Of a DNA stretch of 64,000 bases, positions 57,306 through 64,000 are shown piece by piece. The notes under the pieces are model-generated. The model made no database searches and was not told where the DNA came from. It worked only from the letters and a program-made list of their open reading frames with translations. Position 1 is the first letter of the stretch, and each line of letters starts with the position of its first letter. Made by a program: the position numbers and the translations under genes. Source of the stretch: Patescibacteria group bacterium (GTDB lineage: Bacteria > Patescibacteriota > Microgenomatia > CAYGWK01); NCBI GenBank assembly GCA_049322615.1, contig JBMORX010000002.1, positions 11,171 to 75,170 of the forward strand. The letters run 5' to 3'.

Positions 57306-57884
57306 ATGCCTACCCAAGACAAAGAAGATAAAGAAAGCACCTTGAAAACCGAATCCTTCGGCTCGGCTCAGGACAAGCCAATTGAGGTTTTGCCGGTAAG
57401 GGAGGTTAAGACTTTACTTTCCTGGAAGGCGCCAATAAGACCTTTTAAGACCAGAAATCGGGAATTTTGGACAACGGTTGGTTCAATTGCCTTCCTTTTG
57501 GCGGTTATTCTTCTTTTTATTAAAGAGTGGCTTTTGATTGTCGTTATTGCCGCCCTTATTTTTGTTTATTATGTCTTATCTTCAGTTCCCCCAGAGGAGA
57601 TTGAACACCAAATTACCAACCGAGGAGTCCGTTTTGCTAGCAAAGAATATCTTTGGGAAGAAATTTCCCAATATTGGATTTCCGAAAAGTGGGGACAGAA
57701 GATTTTAAATCTTGAAACCAAATTTAGGTTTCCGGGAAGACTTGAACTTTTATTTAAGGTTGGAGATGAAGGAAAAATTCGCGAGATTTTGAAAAAATAT
57801 CTTCCCGAGGAAACACCCCCTCCTTCTTTTTTGGACCGAGCCTCAAGTTGGCTTGCAAAAAAAGTTCCACTTGAAATATCGTAA
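57306..57884 (+). CDS. Conserved CPR two-TM protein
   Basis: LLSW.AP.RPFK.R...W, two TM helices, Y.W..I..+W. In-frame REP-like insert SFGSAQDK. Confidence 0.7.
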   Translation: MPTQDKEDKESTLKTESFGSAQDKPIEVLPVREVKTLLSWKAPIRPFKTRNREFWTTVGSIAFLLAVILLFIKEWLLIVVIAALIFVYYVLSSVPPEEIEHQITNRGVRFASKEYLWEEISQYWISEKWGQKILNLETKFRFPGRLELLFKVGDEGKIREILKKYLPEETPPPSFLDRASSWLAKKVPLEIS

Positions 57885-57906
57885 AGACTGATGAGCACAG
57901 ATTTGG

Positions 57907-57980
57907 GCGCCCATAGCTTAACTGGATAGAGCAGTTGCTTGCGGAGCAACAGGTTGCCTGTTCAAATCAGGCTGGGCGCA
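57907..57980 (+). tRNA. tRNA-Arg(GCG)
   Basis: Anticodon arm gttgc-TTGCGGA-gcaac; acceptor gcgccca/tgggcgc. Confidence 0.9.
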
Positions 57981-58006
57981 CACTTCGCTTTGCTCAGTGC
58001 AAGCCA

Positions 58007-58088
58007 GGAGGGTGGGCAGGACGGTAATGCGCCCGCCTCGAAAGCGGGTGTCCGCAAGGGCTAACAGGTTCGACTCCTGTACCCTCCG
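58007..58088 (+). tRNA. tRNA-Ser(CGA)
   Basis: cccgc-CTCGAAA-gcggg, variable arm, GGTTCGACTCC. Confidence 0.92.
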
Positions 58089-58143
58089 CACCTCGCTTCG
58101 CTCGGTGTAAACTAGCTTGCCCTGAGGAGCGAAGCGACGAAGG

Positions 58144-58343
58144 GTCCCTGTAGCTTAACGGATTAGAGCAGCCCGCCAAAAATTTGCGGTTTGCCCTCGT
58201 AGCTTAATGGATAAAGCGGTGGCTTCCGGAGCCAAAGATTGGGGGTTCGACTCCCTTCGAGGGCACCCCGTCGAACGTGGCTGTCGCGTTTGACGCGACG
58301 CAAATTTAGGCGGGATATGCGAGTTCAATTCTCGCCAGGGGCA
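58144..58343 (+). other. Interrupted tRNA-like gene (Arg-type halves) enclosing tRNA-Arg(CCG)
   Basis: 5' half gtccctg-ta-gctt..gagc and 3' half gcgag-ttcaatt-ctcgc-caggggc-a. The anticodon loop is replaced by ~130 nt. Confidence 0.7.
58193..58265 (+). tRNA. tRNA-Arg(CCG), nested
   Basis: gccctcg/cgagggc acceptor, loop TTCCGGA, GGTTCGACTCC. Confidence 0.92.
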
Positions 58344-58381
58344 CATAACAATAGCAAATAGTAAATTGCAAATAGCAAATA

Positions 58382-58825
58382 GTGAAAAAGCAAAAAGTTA
58401 AAAGAGAATTCTCGGCTGGCGGAGTAGTTTTTCGCCGAGAACCAGAAGGAATTCTTTGGCTGGTGATAAAGCCAGCAGGAAGTGAGAAATGGCGCTTACC
58501 TAAGGGTTGGATTGGGAAAAATGAGAGTTCCCTTGAGGCAGCCAAAAGAGAAGTAGCCGAAGAAGCAGGAGTTAAGGCTGAAGTTTTGGGTAAAGTGGGT
58601 AGCGAAAAATATTTTTTTGTTCAAGGTAAAGAGAAAATCTTAAAAAACGTGGTTTTTTATTTAATGGAGTATCTTCAGGAAGCAGAAACAGGTTTTTCTT
58701 GGGAAACGGAGAAAATTGATTGGTTACCATTTAAAGAAGCCAAAGAGCGACTGGCTTTTGCCAAAGAAAAGGAAATTTTAGAAAAAGCAGCACTGAAAGT
58801 TTGCGAAGCGCAAACCACGTGCTAG
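58382..58825 (+). CDS. NUDIX hydrolase (Ap4A hydrolase-like)
   Basis: SAGGVV, W.LPKG......E....AA.REV.EEAG. The C-terminus runs into a palindromic element. Confidence 0.88.
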   Translation: MKKQKVKREFSAGGVVFRREPEGILWLVIKPAGSEKWRLPKGWIGKNESSLEAAKREVAEEAGVKAEVLGKVGSEKYFFVQGKEKILKNVVFYLMEYLQEAETGFSWETEKIDWLPFKEAKERLAFAKEKEILEKAALKVCEAQTTC

Positions 58826-58857
58826 TCGCGTTAATTTCCGAAGAAATTTTACGCGAC
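58789..58857 (+). mobile_element. Double-hairpin palindromic element at the NUDIX 3' end
   Basis: agcactgaaagt..ccacgtgct-a-gtcgcgt..ttttacgcgac. Confidence 0.65.
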
Positions 58858-58910
58858 AAAAGAAATACTGGAGAAAGGTTTGTAACCAACGCTAGTTTAA
58901 TTAATTAAAC

Positions 58911-58939
58911 TTGACAAAATATTCATCAATTTGTATAAT
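58911..58939 (+). promoter_or_regulatory. Consensus sigma70 promoter of the phd-vapC operon
   Basis: TTGACA-17 nt-TATAAT. Confidence 0.8.
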
Positions 58940-58951
58940 TATAATAATTAT

Positions 58952-59221
58952 ATGAAAACCGTCTCGGCTTATAAAGCCAGAACCAACTTTGGCGAACTTC
59001 TTAATGAGGTTTATTATCGTGGAGAGGAGATAACCGTGGAAAAAATGGGCAAACCGGTAGTAAAAATCATTCCCCTGAAAAAAGAAGAAAGGGTGAGTAA
59101 AAATCCCTTTCTCGCCGCTGCCGGTTCCTGGAAAGAGGTGAAAGCAGAAAAACTGATCAAAGAAATTTATCGGCGGCGCAAGGATGATAGTAGGAAGAGA
59201 AAATTCTTGGTGATTTCATGA
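58952..59221 (+). CDS. Phd/YefM antitoxin
   Basis: VSA..AR.NFGELL.EV...GE.I.V.K.GKPV. Confidence 0.9.
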   Translation: MKTVSAYKARTNFGELLNEVYYRGEEITVEKMGKPVVKIIPLKKEERVSKNPFLAAAGSWKEVKAEKLIKEIYRRRKDDSRKRKFLVIS

Positions 59222-59601
59222 AGTATCTTGTCGATTCAGACCAAATTATTTGGTATTTGAAAGGCAAGCCGGCGGTGGTTAGAAAACTCCAAACTCTTCA
59301 GAGAGAATTGGCGGTGAGTGTTATTTCCGTTGGCGAGGTGGCCGAGGGAATCGTGGGCGAGAAAGATGAGGAGAAAAAATTAGGAGGGCTAAAGAATTTT
59401 TTAGAGGGAATTGAAGTTTTGGAGATTAACCAGGAAATTGCCTTTCAATTTGCCAAAGTACGGGCAAGTCTTAGGAAAAAGGGTAGGTTGATTGATAACT
59501 TTGATCTTCTAATCGCTGCCACTTGTCTTACGCATAACTTGATTTTAATCACAGAAAATAAAAAAGATTTTGCCAGGATTGGGGGCTTAAGAATAGAGTG
59601 A
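59218..59601 (+). CDS. VapC PIN-domain toxin
   Basis: YLVDSD, S.IS..E, FDLLIAAT, L.T.N..DF. Confidence 0.92.
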   Translation: MKYLVDSDQIIWYLKGKPAVVRKLQTLQRELAVSVISVGEVAEGIVGEKDEEKKLGGLKNFLEGIEVLEINQEIAFQFAKVRASLRKKGRLIDNFDLLIAATCLTHNLILITENKKDFARIGGLRIE

Positions 59602-59606
59602 TTTTG

Positions 59607-59693
59607 GGAGGCGTGCCAGAGTGGTCGATTGGGCAGCACTGGAAATGCTGTATATCCGTAAGGGTATCAGAGGTTCGAATCCTCTCGCCTCCG
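59607..59693 (+). tRNA. tRNA-Ser(GGA)
   Basis: cagca-CTGGAAA-tgctg, variable arm, GGTTCGAATCC. Confidence 0.93.
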
Positions 59694-59754
59694 CAGCGTA
59701 AGAGCGTTTTCGCCAAAAGCGAATTACGCTCAATGTTGCTGGAACGTTGAACGA

Positions 59755-60276
59755 ATAATACCACAAGTTAAATTAACGTTACAGAAAATAAAAAATAATA
59801 CGAAATATTCCATACCCTTTAAAGACAATATTATTAGAGTCCAAGCACCTGCTCACAAGGCAGAACGAAGTTTAAAATTTTGTATAGATTTTCTTTTACC
59901 TAAAGGAACACCGATAGTCGCTGCTCGTTCAGGGACAGTGACTGCTTGCCAAGATAGATATAAGCGATCGTACAAATCCCCTAAATTTGCCGGAAGAAGG
60001 AATTTTATAGTTATCCGCCACACCAATGGAGAAAGTAGTGTCTATGTGCATCTTAAACACCGTTCAATTAAGGTGAAAAAGGGTCAAAAAGTAAGACGGG
60101 GACAAGTCATAGCCTTAAGTGGCCAGGTTGGCTTTGCTACCTATCCCCACTTGCACTTTGGCGTATATCGAGGCACATATTTAAAAGGAGGAGTTAGTGT
60201 CAAAGTCACCTTTGACAAGAAGCTTGGTCCCGAAATACCTTTATACCTTGCAGAAGCCCTAGGTAAATATCTATAG
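59755..60276 (+). CDS. M23 family metallopeptidase, start uncertain (no canonical start upstream of the first motif)
   Basis: AH........IDF.LP.GTPI.AARSG.V, Y.HL, PHLHF. The frame is open from 59662. Confidence 0.7.
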   Translation: MIPQVKLTLQKIKNNTKYSIPFKDNIIRVQAPAHKAERSLKFCIDFLLPKGTPIVAARSGTVTACQDRYKRSYKSPKFAGRRNFIVIRHTNGESSVYVHLKHRSIKVKKGQKVRRGQVIALSGQVGFATYPHLHFGVYRGTYLKGGVSVKVTFDKKLGPEIPLYLAEALGKYL

Positions 60277-60313
60277 GAGAATTGGAATTTTAACAGAATT
60301 TATAAGTGAATTA

Positions 60314-61306
60314 ATGAGAAAAATTTTAATTATCTTAGGGATTTTGGTTTTGGGAGGAGTGGTTTTTTATTTTTTCCGACCGAAAACTACCAGTTATTCT
60401 CCTACTCCACTGCCCAAAATTGAGTTATCTTTTGTCAAAGGAATGTATTTGCCTTCGGCTCTTGCCCCTGCCCGCCAACCAATGGCTGAGCCGGCTCGAT
60501 TAAAAGAATTAGGCGTAAATTTAGTTGCCTTTACGGTTGAATATAAAGTCAATGAAAAGGGAGAGCAGCAAAGAGACCCTTGGGGAATAGTCGCCAGTAA
60601 AGGTCAGAACCTGGATGAGCGCGTGATTTCAACAATCAGAAAATACAAAGAGGCAGGTTTTGCTGTATTGGTTGTACCTCGAATTCGCTATCTGCCAAAA
60701 GGGAGGGGCGAGCCCTTGGGTATCCCGGAAAATCTGCAAAATGATCCTAAGTTTTTTGAAGGTTTTAATAAATTTGTCTTACATTTGGCAGAGATTGCCC
60801 AAAAAGAAAATGTCGAATTTTTTACGCCGGCTGATGAGCCAGATTATACCATGGGACCATTTCGAGCAGCTACCTGGATGCAAGAGATTTTACCCCAAGT
60901 TCGGGCTCGTTTTAAAGGTAAACTGGTCTATAAGGGTGGTTTTTCTCCGCCAGGGGAAATTTCTTGGTTTAATTTTGCTGGTTATGATATTGCGGGAACG
61001 ACCATCGTCGTTTTGGATTATTATAATGAGGAGCAATACCGAAAGATGGCAAAAAAGCAGATTGCTGACCTGGCAGAAGTGGCTCAAAAACGGGATAAAG
61101 TCCCGGAAATCTGGGTCAGTGGTTTTGGGGTGGTGGAGATGACAAGAAATCCCCTTAACGAGAATCAAAAAGCTGATATCTACAGGATTGTTTTTGAAGA
61201 AGCGGTCGGAAAAACCACTGGTCTTATACCTTGGGAGAACCCGCCTAACCCTCTGAAAGATACCTTAATGGAAAAAGTGATTAGGGAATGGTTTACCAAG
61301 ATATAA
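60314..61306 (+). CDS. Membrane-anchored GH113-like TIM-barrel protein
   Basis: LK.LG.N.V, A...G..V.V.P, LAEIAQ...VE.F...DEPD, VR..F.G.L.Y. Confidence 0.6.
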   Translation: MRKILIILGILVLGGVVFYFFRPKTTSYSPTPLPKIELSFVKGMYLPSALAPARQPMAEPARLKELGVNLVAFTVEYKVNEKGEQQRDPWGIVASKGQNLDERVISTIRKYKEAGFAVLVVPRIRYLPKGRGEPLGIPENLQNDPKFFEGFNKFVLHLAEIAQKENVEFFTPADEPDYTMGPFRAATWMQEILPQVRARFKGKLVYKGGFSPPGEISWFNFAGYDIAGTTIVVLDYYNEEQYRKMAKKQIADLAEVAQKRDKVPEIWVSGFGVVEMTRNPLNENQKADIYRIVFEEAVGKTTGLIPWENPPNPLKDTLMEKVIREWFTKI

Positions 61307-61355
61307 AAGCCTTCCCCGAATTGAAATCTGCTTCAATTTAGGCTAAAATTCAACT

Positions 61356-63152
61356 GTGGATCAGTTAGAAGAGATTCGCTCCAAAATTGATATTGTTCAG
61401 TTAATCTCCGAGTATTTGCCCTTGAAAAAATCCGGGCGGAATTTTAAGGTTTTATGTCCTTTTCATTCGGAAAAAACCCCCTCTTTTATGGTTTCTCCAG
61501 AAAGGCAAATCTGGCACTGTTTTGGCGCCTGCAACGACGGTGGAGATATCTTTAAGTTTTTAATGAGAATGGAGGGGATGGAATTTGGCGAGGCTCTGCG
61601 GACTTTGGCAAAAAGAGCCGGAGTTAAACTTGCCCCTTATCGACCTGGTCCTGGCGAAGAAGAAAAAGAAAAACTCTATCAAATAAATCATTTGGCAAGC
61701 GAGTTTTATCATTATCTTTTACTTCACCATCCAATTGGCAAGAGGGCTTTAGATTATATTTTAGGTCGGGGAATTAGAAGAGAATCAGTTCAATTATTTA
61801 AACTAGGTTATGCCCCTCCTCTTTTTTGGGGACTTCAGAAATTTTTAGTCGGTAAAAAATCTTTTAAGCCAGAAGAATTACTGAAAGCAGGTTTGGTAGT
61901 TAAACAAAACGGTCAATATCGGGATTTCTTCCGGGAAAGAATCATCTTTCCCCTCAAAGATCATCGGGGGAATATCGTTGGTTTTTCAGGCAGGGTGATT
62001 GGGCAGTGGCGTGAAGAAGAGGCAGAAAAGACTGGGCCAAAGTATATAAACATCCCCGAAACCCTGGTCTATAAAAAAGGAAATCTTCTTTATGGATTAG
62101 AAATAGCCAAAAATGCGATTAAAAAGAAGAATCAGGCAATCGTGGTTGAAGGTGAACTTGACTTAATCTCTTGTTATCAGGCTGAAGTTGAGAATGTGGT
62201 GGCAATCAAAGGGAGTGCCTTAACCGAGGACCAAGTCAAACTTCTTAAGAGGTTTTGTGAGAATCTTGCCCTGGCAATGGATCAGGATATTGCCGGAGAT
62301 CAAGCCGCAAGAGGGGGAATTGAGATTGCTGACTTTTATGGTCTTTCAATTCGGGTAGTTAAAATTCCTCAAGGTAAAGATCCAGATGAACTGGCCCAAA
62401 AGAACCCCGAACTCTTAAAAAAGGTTGTTGAAGAGGCGATTCCGATTTATGATTTTTATCTTGACTCCACCTTTTCTCGCTTCGACAGCAAGACTTCTGA
62501 AGGAAAGAAAAAAATAGGCGAGGAACTTTTGCCAATTTTCTCCAAGATTTCTGATGAGATTGTTAAGGGCCATTATCTCAGGATTCTGGCAGACAAACTT
62601 GGAGTTTCTGAAGAGGCAATTTTGGCGCAAATGGCAAAAATTAAAGAGAAACCAGAGTTTGCCCCCAGAAAAGAAGAGATTAAGAAAATCGAGACCAAAA
62701 CAAGAAGAGAGGTTTTGGAAGAATATCTTTTTGCTTTGGTTTTTCAAGGCGACAGGCAAAATATTTTGCTTAAACCCCAAATTAGAAAACTTGTAAAAAC
62801 TCCCTTTTTTGTCCGAATTTTAGAATTTTTAAGTACAGTCTTGAAAAAGAAAAAGGCTCGTTTCAAAAGCGAAGAATTTGCGGAAAAGTTGCCTTCCGAA
62901 CTTTTGGAGATATTCAATGGATTTTATCTTAAAGACTTGGGAGAGAAGGTGATGGAAGAAAGTTGGACTAAGAAAGAACTTGAAAAGGCAGTTTTTGAAC
63001 TTGAGAAACTTGAGGCAAAAGAAAAACTTAAAATGCTTTCTTACGAAATGGCAGTTTGTGAGAAGAAAAATGATTTAAAGAAACTCCAGAAACTAAAGGA
63101 AGAATTTAAGAAAATTTCCCAAAAAATATCTGAATTAGGTTCAAGATTGTGA
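61356..63152 (+). CDS. dnaG: DNA primase
   Basis: CPFHSEKTPSF..HCFGAC, FSGR, KY.N.PET, VEGELD, D.D.AG, KDPDE. Confidence 0.97.
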   Translation: MDQLEEIRSKIDIVQLISEYLPLKKSGRNFKVLCPFHSEKTPSFMVSPERQIWHCFGACNDGGDIFKFLMRMEGMEFGEALRTLAKRAGVKLAPYRPGPGEEEKEKLYQINHLASEFYHYLLLHHPIGKRALDYILGRGIRRESVQLFKLGYAPPLFWGLQKFLVGKKSFKPEELLKAGLVVKQNGQYRDFFRERIIFPLKDHRGNIVGFSGRVIGQWREEEAEKTGPKYINIPETLVYKKGNLLYGLEIAKNAIKKKNQAIVVEGELDLISCYQAEVENVVAIKGSALTEDQVKLLKRFCENLALAMDQDIAGDQAARGGIEIADFYGLSIRVVKIPQGKDPDELAQKNPELLKKVVEEAIPIYDFYLDSTFSRFDSKTSEGKKKIGEELLPIFSKISDEIVKGHYLRILADKLGVSEEAILAQMAKIKEKPEFAPRKEEIKKIETKTRREVLEEYLFALVFQGDRQNILLKPQIRKLVKTPFFVRILEFLSTVLKKKKARFKSEEFAEKLPSELLEIFNGFYLKDLGEKVMEESWTKKELEKAVFELEKLEAKEKLKMLSYEMAVCEKKNDLKKLQKLKEEFKKISQKISELGSRL

Positions 63153-63164
63153 TATAATTTAAAT

Positions 63165-64000
63165 ATGAAACTTCGACCCGAAGTTAAAAAATTAATTGAA
63201 AAAGGAAAAAAACAAGGTTTTATTACCCAGGAGGAGATTCTTGGGATTTTTCCCGACGCGGAAAATCGTTTAGAGGAACTTGATGATTTGTATGCCCGTC
63301 TTTTAGCCTCAGGAGTTGATGTCTTTGAATCAGTTACCGAAGAGGAAATGAAAGAAGATGAAAAAGTCGCTTCAGAGCTGGCTCGCGAACTTGAAGTTCT
63401 CTCGACTCTTCAGGACAAAACTATCAGCGATCCAGTTCGGATGTATTTAAAAGAAATTGGGAGAATTCCTTTACTGGTTGCCAAAGAAGAGGTTGATCTT
63501 GCCCAAAGAATTGAGAAAGGCTCAAGGGCAGCTAAGAAAAAGCTGATTGAATCAAATCTTCGCCTAGTCGTCTCCATTGCCAAAAAATATGTTGGTCGGG
63601 GACTTTCGCTCTTGGATTTAATCCAGGAGGGAAATCAAGGGTTAATCAGGGCAGTTGAGAAATACGATTGGAGACGCGGTTATAAATTCTCCACCTATGC
63701 CACTTGGTGGATTAGACAGGCAATCACCCGGGCAATTGCTGACCAGGCGCGAACAATCCGGATTCCCGTTCATATGGTTGAGACAATTAATAAGTTGATT
63801 CGGACCAGCCGGAGGTTGATGCAAGATTTGGGACGGGAACCAACCCCAGAAGAAATTGGTAGAGAAATGGATTTACCTTCTACCCGGGTGAGGGAGATCT
63901 TTAAAATTGCCCAAGATACCACTTCTTTGGCGACTCCGATTGGGGATGATGAAGATTCGCTTTTAGGAGATTTTATCGAGGATACTTCCCAACCCCAACC
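63165..64000 (+). CDS. rpoD: Primary sigma factor RpoD, 3' end runs off the window
   Basis: Hand translation: [65 protein letters not shown]. Confidence 0.96.
   Translation, partial: MKLRPEVKKLIEKGKKQGFITQEEILGIFPDAENRLEELDDLYARLLASGVDVFESVTEEEMKEDEKVASELARELEVLSTLQDKTISDPVRMYLKEIGRIPLLVAKEEVDLAQRIEKGSRAAKKKLIESNLRLVVSIAKKYVGRGLSLLDLIQEGNQGLIRAVEKYDWRRGYKFSTYATWWIRQAITRAIADQARTIRIPVHMVETINKLIRTSRRLMQDLGREPTPEEIGREMDLPSTRVREIFKIAQDTTSLATPIGDDEDSLLGDFIEDTSQPQ

Noticed and set aside
455-63824. Many short antisense or overlapping ORFs in the track (e.g. 5466-5894, 29040-29588, 40500-41060, 51524-52018)
   Set aside because: They are shadows of well-supported genes and carry no motifs.
1-64000. 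CRISPR array
   Set aside because: No identical 25-45 nt repeats with unique spacers and no cas genes. The repeats seen are short tandem units or palindromes.
1-64000. Alternative genetic code with TGA read as Gly
   Set aside because: TGA cleanly ends tsaD, dnaG and others at expected lengths, and no conserved gene has an internal TGA.

Overview
Chromosomal origin region of a Patescibacteria (CPR) bacterium, most likely Microgenomates. The taxonomy is inferred from gene content; genetic code 11 fits. Housekeeping genes: jag-yidC-yidD-rnpA-rpmH, dnaA-oriC-dnaN, valS, tsaD, rplY, rnhA, smpB-tmRNA, six intact Ser/Arg tRNAs, dnaG and rpoD. Other loci: a CPR-type T4SS-like locus (VirB4, PrgI, VirB6-like, a lysozyme-fold protein, eight VirB2/TrbC-like pilins, and a VirD4-like ATPase at the window start), a polyprenyl synthase-NUDIX-ispH-uppS operon, and five toxin-antitoxin modules. 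Four things stand out. (1) Two four-helix-bundle (23S-IVS/Avd-like) genes each sit between inverted arms of degenerate 7-mer repeats, and near-identical gene-less arms are inserted in frame in rnhA and tsaD. (2) A small GIY-YIG gene is flanked by two hairpins whose fused, gene-less form recurs elsewhere, including in frame. (3) A roughly 360-nt six-hairpin RNA candidate with its own promoter lies upstream of the VirD4-like gene. (4) A complete tRNA-Arg(CCG) is nested in the anticodon arm of another tRNA-like gene. All product calls come from motif recognition by eye; no database searches were run.
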